From Calditrichia bacterium (lineage in GTDB: Bacteria > Calditrichota > Calditrichia > RBG-13-44-9 > J075): 64,000 bases of DNA. The notes beneath the pieces were generated by a model, which saw only the letters and a list, made by a program, of their open reading frames with translations, was not told where the DNA came from and searched no databases. Within the stretch, counting starts at the first letter, position 1, and each line of letters opens with the position of its first letter. A program made the position numbers and the translations under genes. The DNA lies in contig JBOEGD010000027.1 of the NCBI GenBank assembly GCA_050633245.1, positions 8,339-72,338 on the forward strand. Direction: 5' to 3'. Below, one piece after another: positions 10,145 through 19,702 of this stretch.

Positions 10145-11164
10145 TTAAAAACGCAGGGAAGCCGAAAACAGATGCACATCCTGCAAATTAACCATACCCT
10201 GAAAGGCATAGTCTATATTTATATTCAAGTTATTCAGCAGCTTTTGCTTAATACCGCCACCAATCACATATTCCTCTTCGGTATCGTCCAAGCCTACGGA
10301 ACGATAACCACCGCGCAGAAAAATCTGCTCGTTAAAGAAGCCATATTCAGCTCCCATATTCAAACTGCGCTGATTATCATTGGGATAATATGCATCGATA
10401 GCTAAAGTTACCCGATTTGCTTCACCCAAATAAAAATCTCGTGATAATCCAAATTTCAGATTCAACGGCAGATCGAATCGATCTGTCTCGAGTAGTGCAT
10501 TAACATCTTCATTATTTCCACTGGTTGTGGGGTCAATATCTTTTCGCACCAGCAAATCCTCGCCGGAAATCTGCATCTTCGTCCCAAAATTAGAGATGCT
10601 TGTACCAAAACGAACGCCATAAAAAGGCGTTTCAAATAGCGTTCCTACATCGAATGCGATGCCGGAAGCAGAACTGTTCCAGATGGTCTCAAGCACATAT
10701 TTGGCTGTTCCACCAATCATAAACTTCTCGGTAATGCGCCGGCCATAGCTTAGATTGAATGAAAAACTGGATGCCGAGAAAAACTGGCCAGTGCCATCCT
10801 GCTCATCTTCAGTGGTAATCTCAATGTCACCCATCGTCATAGCAGTAACGCTGACACCAAAAGTGCCTCTGTTTCCGGCATTGTAAACGGCGCCAAGGTA
10901 ATCGAAATTAATATCGGCAATCCACTCGCTGTGCATGAAGAAAAGTTCTTCAGTCTCCAGCTGTGCAATACCGCCGGGATTCCAGTAGAGTGCAGAGGCA
11001 TCATCCGCCATTGAGGTAAATGCACCGGCCAGCGCTACTGAGCGTGCGCCAACAGGTATGCTCAGAAATTTAGCGGCCGTAGTTCCGACCTTCGTAACTT
11101 CCTGAGCCGTTGCAGCAGACAACAACAGCAAGAGGGCTAATGTAATATTCAGAATCCTTTTCAC
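10145..11164 (-). CDS. PorV/PorQ-family (UPF0164-like) outer-membrane beta-barrel
   Basis: FLSIPVGARSVALAGA and DASALYWNPGGIA FadL/PorV-type N-terminus; terminal Phe (SASLRF). Confidence 0.8.
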   Translation of the reverse strand: MKRILNITLALLLLLSAATAQEVTKVGTTAAKFLSIPVGARSVALAGAFTSMADDASALYWNPGGIAQLETEELFFMHSEWIADINFDYLGAVYNAGNRGTFGVSVTAMTMGDIEITTEDEQDGTGQFFSASSFSFNLSYGRRITEKFMIGGTAKYVLETIWNSSASGIAFDVGTLFETPFYGVRFGTSISNFGTKMQISGEDLLVRKDIDPTTSGNNEDVNALLETDRFDLPLNLKFGLSRDFYLGEANRVTLAIDAYYPNDNQRSLNMGAEYGFFNEQIFLRGGYRSVGLDDTEEEYVIGGGIKQKLLNNLNINIDYAFQGMVNLQDVHLFSASLRF

Positions 11165-11201
11165 AGCGATTCCCCTTATCTATTTCAAACGTCATTAGTA
11201 T

Positions 11202-14200
11202 CTATTTAATTATCGCGAACTTGCCGACCTTCTCCCCTACTCCAGGTGCATCTACGTGATAGACGTAAACACCATAGGAGACGTCCAGATTATCTTTCGT
11301 CAGAAGGTCCCAGGTTGCAATGCCGTTGCTGTTGCTACTTCTATGTTCAATCGTTTCGATGAGTTCACCGCTGACAGTAAAGATGCGAATAGTACATTCA
11401 TTAGGCAGACGGGTGAACTGAATTGCGCGTGGACCTCTGCCGCGATTAAACGGATTGCGCGTCTCAAAACGGGAGGCGGCGCGATACGGATTTGGCACAA
11501 CGCGAATGGCGTCGATATCTGCCGTTGCCGTAGTGTTGTCTACCGTGGCACCAAGAGTTGTATATTCATACACATCCAGCGACAGAAAAGGTTTATCAAG
11601 AACAAATGTCGCTTCATCTCCATTTGTTGCGAAAGATAAGGTCGGATCGCTTAATATCGGTCCGGTTACATACTTTAAACTCCACGTGGTGATCTGCATG
11701 CCGTTTATGTCCTCTTCCAGAAAGGCAATAATGTCGGTTTGCTGCGTTGCGGCATCAGCATCAAAAACACCACCGCTTCCAGAGAATTCCAGAAACCCGA
11801 ACGGTATTTCCTGACCTGTGGTAACGTTAAAGACCTTGAAGTTCACAGGAACAGCCGGACCCGTGATGGTTGAGATCGGATTTCGGCGATAGCTGAATTC
11901 CGTGCTTGTTCCAATTCCGACGTCACCGAACTCAATACGATAGTCTGCAGGATTTTCCTGGCCGCGATCCAGACCCTCTTCAAAAACGCGGAACTGAAGC
12001 GGCAAAAGATCTTCGCGGCTGCGAGTGGACTTTTCCTCATTCACCTGCACCAGCGCAGGGTTCACAAAAGAGACACGCACACCATCTGCAAGTGGTGCTT
12101 CAAGACCGGTTCTCGGCGCTGTATCCATAGCAACCAATGTGTCTAATTCGGCAGGATTAGTAACGTCTACCAGTGTAAAGTCTTTCGTGGTAATGGTATC
12201 AATAGTGGCTTCAATTACCGTATCGCGAAACGTAATTTGATAGGTATGGTCGGCCTGAATCAGTGTTGGATCTACGATCTCAAAGTTAATCTCTCCACTT
12301 GCACCGCCGGCAACCTGAAGGAACTCTGTAATCTGGGCAGGTTGAAATCCTGCGGCGGGTGCAGCAGGTACAACCTGAACAACATTTTGTCCAAGATTTG
12401 CTTTACCTGTTGCATCAATTGTCAGTAGAATAGGAGATTCAGCAGGAGCAATGTCAAACATTTCGGCACCATAGTCATACGCGGTTAGTGCGTAGTAATA
12501 GGTGAAACCATTTTCGACATCGGTATCGACAAAGGCATGCTTCAGCCCCGTGTCATTACCAATATAGTAGAGCACTCCGTTAACATCGACGTTCGCAAAA
12601 TCTACACGTCCGTCAATAATATCAAACTGAGCAATCGGCTCGCGAAACGTTCGTGCTCCACGCCCGTTGGTAATTGTAAAAATATCCTCAAAAGCAGGGT
12701 CCTGTGAACGATAGAGACGATATCCTTCAAAGTCATTACCGTCTAAACCAAGTTTCGCAAGGAAAGAGTCAAACGATTTTTCTGCTTCGCTATCCCAATA
12801 CAGCGTGACCTGTCCATCCCCCGGATAAGCAAAAAGCTTTGGAGTAATCGGTGCTTTAGCAAACTGATAGTCGGCATTATAGGTTTCCTGAGCGCGGTTA
12901 CGTTTTTGCAGCACATCGAGTGTATCTTCACCCATAATAACCGCGTAAGAAATACGCTCGGTATTACCAGACTTCATCGGGAAGATACTTGAACTTACAA
13001 ACAGATCATTGTCACCTTCTTCTTGCTGTCCCGGCTCCAGAATAAAGAAATCACCAGGCAGCATCATTGTCAGCCAGAAAAAACGGTCACTACGAACACT
13101 AAAGTCGATACTTCCTGCAGACAGGCGCTGCACGTTGGTGATACCAAGCTGATCGGACTCGGATACATCCGTCTTGTCGATATTCGGTTCACCCGGCAAA
13201 CCGGTTCCGGAACCACTGGTCGGCTTACCATCGCCTTCACCAAAGTCACCGGTTCCCTCAACGCCATCCAGACCCACATCGTCAGAAATCGGATCCCAAT
13301 CCCCATCGTTATCTACAAAGTCGTCGCGGGATTCATCGACCATTTCGTCGATGCCTTCATCGATTCCTTCGTCAATTGCACCGTCGCCATTGTTGTCAAT
13401 GCCATCGGCATATATTTTACCAAGGTCAGTCTGATCCAGATCGTAAAGAACCACCCGTCCACCCGGAACTGCATAGCGGCGATACAGATCGGATGCAGCT
13501 TGATCGATCATCGCCTGAGTGACTACGCTGCTGCTATCTTCGCCATTTCCGTTGTTATCGATATTGTCACGATACGGAAGTCCTTCGTCCTCACCTTCAA
13601 CCATTAACAAATGAACAGCGCCATTCTGAATTGGATCACCCTCAGGATTAGGCGGCCAGCGCTTCCAAACGTCCCCACTTGCCTGTCCAACCATTACTGC
13701 CGTTACCAACGGACTTCCGCTTTCGCCATCAGCATCATTATCAATATAGTCTGCATAAGTCACACCCTCTTGCGTGCCAAAGGGAATATGAGACTCATTC
13801 TCATCGATCAAACCATTGCCATTGTCGTCTACCTGATTGGTGCGATCTTCACCCGCAATCAACATTTCCGAGACAATCGGACTACCGTCTTCCAGTGCAT
13901 CACCATCGTTATCGACGCGATCGATGGCATTACCCGGCGTTTCCAAAAAGACAACACCCGCGGTTCCAAATCCAACCTCATCATCGTCCATAAAAGCGAT
14001 ATCACTAAAAAGGCTGTAGCTGATGCGATCATTTTGTGAGTCATTTCCAATGGCGTCGGCAAGCCAAATCGTTGTTGCTGCTTTTTTAAGATTATTCGTG
14101 CCATCATTTAGCACATTATTTACGACATAAATTACATCTGAAACCAAAACTTGTGACCAGGCCATTACGCGTTGGTCAATAAGCATTCCCATACCACCGC

Positions 14201-14840
14201 GGGTCGGGTCGGTCGCGTCCGGCTGAAAAAGCCCGAGTGGACGATCGTACAGATCATCCCCTGTTTTGTAAAACAATTCCTGATCGGCATTAAATACATC
14301 CTTACCAAAAAAGCCGTTCCACGAGCCTATCCAACCGGGGTCGGTATTATCATCAAATTTATCTGCCCAGCCGGTAGGTGGCCAGCTCAACGGATCGATG
14401 CTCTTCGCGATACCAACCTTAGGATCGCCATTTGGGGCAACCAAATAGTTCGGATCGCTATAACCGGGAACCGGTTCAAGGTTCCAGCTACGGCCATCGG
14501 GTGCCTGACGATATTGCACCAAATCCACTACGCGTAGCGGATCGGTTGGGTCGCCACCAACCAAAAGCGAATCCAGCTGCGCCCCCATCCAAATGGTTGT
14601 TATCGCAATATATTCGTCCTGACTGTTCTTCGGCCATTCATACGCCACTTCATCGGGAACGGCACTGGAACGACCGGTGAGACCGGTATTAAAAATTGTT
14701 GCTCGAATATTGTTGCCGTCGATATCCGTTTTACGGCGCAGGGTCGCATCGGCCCGCTCATCACTTGGCACGTGCTGCGCCAGCAGTAAGTCGGCACCTC
14801 CAACGAGCATTATCAGGCAAATAAGTATCCACTTAGTCAT
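11202..14840 (-). CDS. Large exported hypothetical protein with acidic Ca-binding-like repeats, an FN3-like region and a variant C-terminal sorting domain
   Basis: Signal peptide; repeated D.[IV]DN[DN]G[DN] motifs; GDGQVTLYWD...DFEGYRLYRS...YYYALTAYD; C-terminal IRVVPNPY...WDLLTKD...GVYVYHV...KFAIIK. Confidence 0.75.
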   Translation of the reverse strand: MTKWILICLIMLVGGADLLLAQHVPSDERADATLRRKTDIDGNNIRATIFNTGLTGRSSAVPDEVAYEWPKNSQDEYIAITTIWMGAQLDSLLVGGDPTDPLRVVDLVQYRQAPDGRSWNLEPVPGYSDPNYLVAPNGDPKVGIAKSIDPLSWPPTGWADKFDDNTDPGWIGSWNGFFGKDVFNADQELFYKTGDDLYDRPLGLFQPDATDPTRGGMGMLIDQRVMAWSQVLVSDVIYVVNNVLNDGTNNLKKAATTIWLADAIGNDSQNDRISYSLFSDIAFMDDDEVGFGTAGVVFLETPGNAIDRVDNDGDALEDGSPIVSEMLIAGEDRTNQVDDNGNGLIDENESHIPFGTQEGVTYADYIDNDADGESGSPLVTAVMVGQASGDVWKRWPPNPEGDPIQNGAVHLLMVEGEDEGLPYRDNIDNNGNGEDSSSVVTQAMIDQAASDLYRRYAVPGGRVVLYDLDQTDLGKIYADGIDNNGDGAIDEGIDEGIDEMVDESRDDFVDNDGDWDPISDDVGLDGVEGTGDFGEGDGKPTSGSGTGLPGEPNIDKTDVSESDQLGITNVQRLSAGSIDFSVRSDRFFWLTMMLPGDFFILEPGQQEEGDNDLFVSSSIFPMKSGNTERISYAVIMGEDTLDVLQKRNRAQETYNADYQFAKAPITPKLFAYPGDGQVTLYWDSEAEKSFDSFLAKLGLDGNDFEGYRLYRSQDPAFEDIFTITNGRGARTFREPIAQFDIIDGRVDFANVDVNGVLYYIGNDTGLKHAFVDTDVENGFTYYYALTAYDYGAEMFDIAPAESPILLTIDATGKANLGQNVVQVVPAAPAAGFQPAQITEFLQVAGGASGEINFEIVDPTLIQADHTYQITFRDTVIEATIDTITTKDFTLVDVTNPAELDTLVAMDTAPRTGLEAPLADGVRVSFVNPALVQVNEEKSTRSREDLLPLQFRVFEEGLDRGQENPADYRIEFGDVGIGTSTEFSYRRNPISTITGPAVPVNFKVFNVTTGQEIPFGFLEFSGSGGVFDADAATQQTDIIAFLEEDINGMQITTWSLKYVTGPILSDPTLSFATNGDEATFVLDKPFLSLDVYEYTTLGATVDNTTATADIDAIRVVPNPYRAASRFETRNPFNRGRGPRAIQFTRLPNECTIRIFTVSGELIETIEHRSSNSNGIATWDLLTKDNLDVSYGVYVYHVDAPGVGEKVGKFAIIK

Positions 14841-14871
14841 GATCTATCCTTCTAAAAGTCAGTTTCGTTTA

Positions 14872-17622
14872 CTAGAAATGCAGTTCCACGCCCATTTGAA
14901 CTTCACGCGGCTGATCGAAATAATCCGGGCGAACAAAGAATAGCGATGGAAAAAGTGCATTTTCGCCAAGGGCTGTTCGAGTTGTTACCGTAGCACGACC
15001 GGTATCATCAAACACATCAAGCTCATTACGTTTATCAAATAAATTGAAGACCCGTGCAAAAAGCTTGAATCGCAGAGGCGAAATATTAATATCTTTATGA
15101 GCTCGTAGGTCAACTACAAAATTGTTTGGTGTGCGACGACTATTTTTCGGCGTATCGGTCGTAGCATTTACACCGATAACGGTCGCCTCGTCAAAGTCGG
15201 TGGTAGGCGTATACGGTAAACCGGTGTTAAAGCGGGCGAGCGCCGTTGTTCCCCAGGAATCGCCACCATAATACATATTGGCATTCAGCGTGTGGGTTTG
15301 ATCATAGTCAAGCGGTGCCAACGAAACGGTTGGCTGATTATTGGCATTGATTTGAAAAAACTCCTCTTCAGGGTTGGAGTTTGTGCCCTCTGCAATCTGA
15401 AACTGATAGCTGATATCGAACTGATAATTGTTACTCAGACGCTTGGCAAAGTTCACCGTTATCCCACGCACGTTAGCATAATCCCGATTGGTAAATATAA
15501 CATAGTTCGTGCCAGCCTGATACGTTGCAAATGGTGCACTGGTAGTAACCCAATCGCGAATGTCGCGATAAAATCCGGTAACATCCACCTTCAAGTCTTC
15601 ACCCAACTGCTGCTGCAGGCCAATTTCGTAAAGAACAGTACTCTCTGCATCCAGATTAGCGTTTCCAAACGGCCCCTGAATTCCACTGGACTGAGTAAGT
15701 TTAAAGTCCGGGTTCTGATACAGGAAGCGATATTCGGGAATCTGCAGGAAGCTGCCAAAGCTAAAGTGAATGACACCGCGCTCACTAATGGGATACGCTA
15801 TACCCAGTCGCGGACTAAACTGATATTTCGCTTCAGCATCCTTATACCAAATGGCCTGGCGTTCTTCTAACGTCAGTGCCTGATTGGCAGGATTAATCGG
15901 CAGGAAGATGTTCGGATCGCGCTGATCGGCCAAGACGCGGCCCTGAGAATTGAAGTAGTCGAAGCGAACACCCGCATTGATAATAACGCTCTCAAATTCA
16001 ATCTTATCTTGAATATAGGCTGCAAACTGAATTGGGTTTTCCGTATAGGAATTGAACGTTGGGCTGGTTGGATCCGGAATAGCCGGTCGAAATGGCGTCA
16101 GCTGCAGGCCCGTTGCCGGATCAACTGCAGGAATAAGCGTATAGTCTTCGAAGAAAAGCTCGGTCAGATTCGCTTCAACGCCCATCTTCACCAAATGCGC
16201 TTTGTGAACCTGACTGGAAATATCAAATCTTCCAATCATCGCCTCGGTCGTGCGATTAAATCGCTTGTTATTTGTGCCTCCCGTGCGGAAACCGGAAAAA
16301 GCAAATAGAGCCGGATCCTGATAGCGGGAATCGAAGGGGTCTTCAAACAGATATTCGTTAAATTCGCGGTTCTGATAAGCGAAATTCAGCGTGTAAAACG
16401 TCGTATTAGAAAGCGTATGGTTAGCAATAAAGCTCAGTGAATACGTATCGTTAAATTTGGTTACATCGCCGGTTGGTGTTAAACGATACTCATGGCTGTA
16501 ATCGCGAAATTCTTCAAGACTGGCCAGCCCTTCCAAATTGAACTTCAACGTTGGCATCGCCTGCCAGGTCAACTTTGCTTGTCCGGTGCGCAAGTCGCGA
16601 TAATTCATGGCCGTCGCTGGAAAGGACCTGAGAAATTCATCTGTGTCTGCCGCGTTATTTGTCGAGGGAAACGGCACATCTGTTATATTTACCGAACCAT
16701 CTGTCTGCACCAGGTTTATTCCGTAAAGGTGGCCATCCTGATAGCTATAGCGGCCTGTGGCGAAAAATCGCACCTTATCCTTAAAACCGGGCAGTGGTCC
16801 GGAAAGCGTTCCCTGCATACTGTAGTTTGCCGCTTCGCGATCATCAATATTGTAAAAGCTAAAGTCATCTGAAGAAAGAAAATCACCGACAAACGATTTC
16901 AGGCTTCCGTGAAAATCCGAGCCACCCTCTTTGGTAACGATGTTAATAATGCCAGACATCGCATTTCCGTATTCAGCATTAAACGTTCCGCTAATTACCT
17001 GCAGTTCCTGAACCGACTCGTTTTCGATTTCCAATCCCCGGCTCTTATCGAAACCGTCACTGATGGAAATGCCGTTGAGCTGATAACCAATTTCCGAGGA
17101 GCGACCACCACGAATGTGAAAATTTCCGCTGGCGTCCCGCGTAATACCAGACTGTATGGCCAGCACATCATCTATTTCTTCAACAGGGAGATTTTCGATT
17201 TTTTCACTTGAAACGCGTGCTTCTGAAGAGGTAAGATCCTTAGTCAGGAGTTCGCGATTCGCCTGAACCACGATTTCATCTCCAAACTCGATAGTAGCGG
17301 AAGACATCTCGAATTTCTGGCGAGTGGTCAGATCCACATTGACCTGTACCCCCTCTACTCGCTTATCCTGATAACCGATATATTGCGCCACAAGCGTATA
17401 GCGTCCTGGAGGAACATTAAGAATTAAGTAGCTGCCTTCAACATCCGTTGTTGAACCCAGCGGCTGGCCATCAATAATAACATTTGCCCCAATCAGCGGC
17501 TCACCGGTATCCTTATCGACGATCTGACCGACAATTTTTCCAGTGGTTCCCGCGTAGAGACCGCCACAAAAAAGAGCCAGCATCGCCAGGATGACTAAAC
17601 GTGAGGTAGCTCGAAGGATCAT
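14872..17622 (-). CDS. TonB-dependent receptor with an N-terminal carboxypeptidase-regulatory-like domain
   Basis: GTTGKIVG...GEPLIGANV N-terminal domain; plug HIRGGRSSE and GTFNAEYGNAMSGIINIVTK; barrel ending PREVQMGVELHF. Confidence 0.9.
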   Translation of the reverse strand: MILRATSRLVILAMLALFCGGLYAGTTGKIVGQIVDKDTGEPLIGANVIIDGQPLGSTTDVEGSYLILNVPPGRYTLVAQYIGYQDKRVEGVQVNVDLTTRQKFEMSSATIEFGDEIVVQANRELLTKDLTSSEARVSSEKIENLPVEEIDDVLAIQSGITRDASGNFHIRGGRSSEIGYQLNGISISDGFDKSRGLEIENESVQELQVISGTFNAEYGNAMSGIINIVTKEGGSDFHGSLKSFVGDFLSSDDFSFYNIDDREAANYSMQGTLSGPLPGFKDKVRFFATGRYSYQDGHLYGINLVQTDGSVNITDVPFPSTNNAADTDEFLRSFPATAMNYRDLRTGQAKLTWQAMPTLKFNLEGLASLEEFRDYSHEYRLTPTGDVTKFNDTYSLSFIANHTLSNTTFYTLNFAYQNREFNEYLFEDPFDSRYQDPALFAFSGFRTGGTNNKRFNRTTEAMIGRFDISSQVHKAHLVKMGVEANLTELFFEDYTLIPAVDPATGLQLTPFRPAIPDPTSPTFNSYTENPIQFAAYIQDKIEFESVIINAGVRFDYFNSQGRVLADQRDPNIFLPINPANQALTLEERQAIWYKDAEAKYQFSPRLGIAYPISERGVIHFSFGSFLQIPEYRFLYQNPDFKLTQSSGIQGPFGNANLDAESTVLYEIGLQQQLGEDLKVDVTGFYRDIRDWVTTSAPFATYQAGTNYVIFTNRDYANVRGITVNFAKRLSNNYQFDISYQFQIAEGTNSNPEEEFFQINANNQPTVSLAPLDYDQTHTLNANMYYGGDSWGTTALARFNTGLPYTPTTDFDEATVIGVNATTDTPKNSRRTPNNFVVDLRAHKDINISPLRFKLFARVFNLFDKRNELDVFDDTGRATVTTRTALGENALFPSLFFVRPDYFDQPREVQMGVELHF

Positions 17623-17655
17623 AATTGTTCTCCCAGATTAAAAATCTATATAATT

Positions 17656-19353
17656 TTATGTTTCTATTAAACTTACTTCAGAAAGTAACTGTCGATTTAC
17701 ATCTACTTTCCTGGCACTGCGCAGATTTTCGATAAAGCTCTTGAATACCCGGACCTGTTTTTCCGGCAGAAGCTTTGCATTTAGTCGCTCTTGCGCTTCT
17801 TCAAAGGAAAGCTGCTGACGCGGCCGCCTTTCAAGCATCTTCACCAAATAAAAGAAGCCGTCTCTTTCGAGCGGCATACTTACTTCTCCGCGCTCTAATG
17901 CAAAAATAGGATCAGCAATTTTACCAAAGGCGGCTCGGTTATACCAGTCCAGTATACCGTTGCTTTTTTCACGATCAGGACGCATGGAATACTGCTTTAC
18001 AAGAGTGCCGAAATCTGTTTTGCTGTTACGCAACTCAACCGCGCGTGTCGAATCATCCAGTAAAAGTACCTGGACCTTCACCATTTCCGCGGTGTAATAC
18101 TCATCTTTGTTTTTACGATACTCTTCCTGCAACTCAGACGGACGTAGCCGAAGGGTATCAAAAATAGCTTGCTGAACAAAACGCGTCTTGTGAAGGCGCT
18201 CTGCGGAAGCAATACTATTACGAACGCTGAGCTTCTCGTCGAAACCGGCAGCAATTGCCTGCTCATAAAAAACTGAGCGGGCAACTAGGCCACGCAAAAC
18301 CACTTTTAACCCATGTGTATTCTTTATTAATCTGGCCTGCTTGTTTTTTATTTGTCCGAGCTGCAATAGAACATCGGCAACGCTCCAATTGATGTCACCG
18401 GCAATCAGGCAGTTGATGTCTACCTCATTTACAAGCTCTCGATCGAAAGCCAACGGCCCCACATCTGAATCGTTATCTGCGAGCATTTGCTGGATCACGA
18501 TATTAACAACCCGCTCCAATCCTGCTTCGTTATATTTAATTGGGTTCTCGGCAGCCACTGAATTTAAATAATCCCGTTTTGCAAGCTCTTTGCGCTTCCA
18601 AATCAAATAACGACGCACATAGTGCTTCTTATTTGCATATTCATTTTCAGTTACGATGGGTCGTTTTGTACGATTATCCAAACGAATGATGCTATAGCCG
18701 GCATCCGTTTGCACGGGTTCAGATATCTCACCGATCTTCAAGGCATATGCGGCATCTTCAAAGGCCGGATCCATCTGACTTGCGGAAAAATTCCCCAAGT
18801 CACCACCACTGATTGCCAGCTTGGGGTCACTAAAGTTTTGCATCGCCAGTTGCTCAAACGAAGCACCGGCCTGCAATAATCGATAAAGACTATCTGCCTT
18901 TTCTTTTGTCTCTGCAAACAAATGACGCGCACGCAACGTTTCATTCATGCGCGCAAAAGCAGTACGGATATCATCATCAGTAACGTCTGGTACGTTTTCA
19001 ACCGTCTGTTCCCGCCAGGCCTTTACAATGGCATACTTACGACGATAGTCAAAGCTATTTTTAAAAGCAGGTAACTCGCCAATCCCCTGCTCGTCTGCAA
19101 AATCGGCAATCAGATATTCGCTCACCATATTGTTCAGGATTTGATCGCGTAATCTGGCATTGTCGTCCATTCCAACGGTATAGAGAAAATCGACCAGGCG
19201 ATTGCGAAATTGTTTATCGGTAATGGTGTGCGGGCCAACGGTAGCAAGTGGAGTCGCCTTCTCGGCATCGCCACAAGCAAAAAAAGCCGTAGCAGAGAAA
19301 ATTCCCACTAAGGCAATAACAAATGTGCTTTTGATAGTCCGGCTGCTGATCAT
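17656..19353 (-). CDS. Parvulin-type peptidyl-prolyl isomerase lipoprotein (PrsA/SurA-like, two PPIase domains)
   Basis: Lipobox FFAC; ARHLF...FEQLA...GGDLG...FEDAAYALKIGEISEPVQT; second, degenerate rotamase domain. Confidence 0.85.
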   Translation of the reverse strand: MISSRTIKSTFVIALVGIFSATAFFACGDAEKATPLATVGPHTITDKQFRNRLVDFLYTVGMDDNARLRDQILNNMVSEYLIADFADEQGIGELPAFKNSFDYRRKYAIVKAWREQTVENVPDVTDDDIRTAFARMNETLRARHLFAETKEKADSLYRLLQAGASFEQLAMQNFSDPKLAISGGDLGNFSASQMDPAFEDAAYALKIGEISEPVQTDAGYSIIRLDNRTKRPIVTENEYANKKHYVRRYLIWKRKELAKRDYLNSVAAENPIKYNEAGLERVVNIVIQQMLADNDSDVGPLAFDRELVNEVDINCLIAGDINWSVADVLLQLGQIKNKQARLIKNTHGLKVVLRGLVARSVFYEQAIAAGFDEKLSVRNSIASAERLHKTRFVQQAIFDTLRLRPSELQEEYRKNKDEYYTAEMVKVQVLLLDDSTRAVELRNSKTDFGTLVKQYSMRPDREKSNGILDWYNRAAFGKIADPIFALERGEVSMPLERDGFFYLVKMLERRPRQQLSFEEAQERLNAKLLPEKQVRVFKSFIENLRSARKVDVNRQLLSEVSLIET

Positions 19354-19504
19354 TTCGCAGGAATACCACCTGTTTTACAACGGTCTTCGAAACCGGAAAG
19401 AATTATCATTTAAGCACTCTGCGACACGTAGATTGCACTCGTTTCGCATTGAGATTAATAGGGGTAAATGTAGCGTTTCTTAAATGATTATCCCGGCTAA
19501 TAGT

Positions 19505-19530
19505 TTAGTCACTCTGATCTGAGTAACTAA
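19505..19530. promoter_or_regulatory. 26-bp imperfect palindrome, candidate TrmB operator
   Basis: TTAGTCACTCTGATCTGAGTAACTAA has 11 of 13 pairs complementary. It lies directly downstream of a putative -10 box for the PPIase-TBDR operon. Confidence 0.6.
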
Positions 19531-19556
19531 TTTACGGTTTTTTCGGCAGGAATCAA
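19529..19556 (-). promoter_or_regulatory. Putative sigma70-type promoter of the PPIase-TBDR operon
   Basis: Minus strand TTGATT-N16-TAAATT. Confidence 0.4.
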
Positions 19557-19574
19557 CTTATTTCTAAAAAATCT

Positions 19575-19604
19575 AAAAAAAAGAAGGCCCCAAAACAGGG
19601 CTTC
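19575..19604 (-). terminator. Rho-independent terminator after the SGNH-TPR gene
   Basis: Minus strand GAAGCCC-loop-GGGCCTTC followed by T8. Confidence 0.6.
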
Positions 19605-19702
19605 AATTCGCTTTAAAGGCGTTTCAACGCGCTTTTATTAAAAATTAAGAATCAGTAGGAGGATTACCAGGCCTTAACGCTACAGATGACCATAGCAGAA
19701 GA

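Noticed and set aside
13170-13930. Repetitive DNA as a possible CRISPR or tandem array
   Set aside because: It reflects Asp/Gly/Asn protein repeats within the 1212-aa CDS; there is no constant repeat-spacer structure.
14872-17622. Calling the receptor SusC
   Set aside because: It lacks a recognisable SusC/RagA signature and has no downstream SusD-like lipoprotein.
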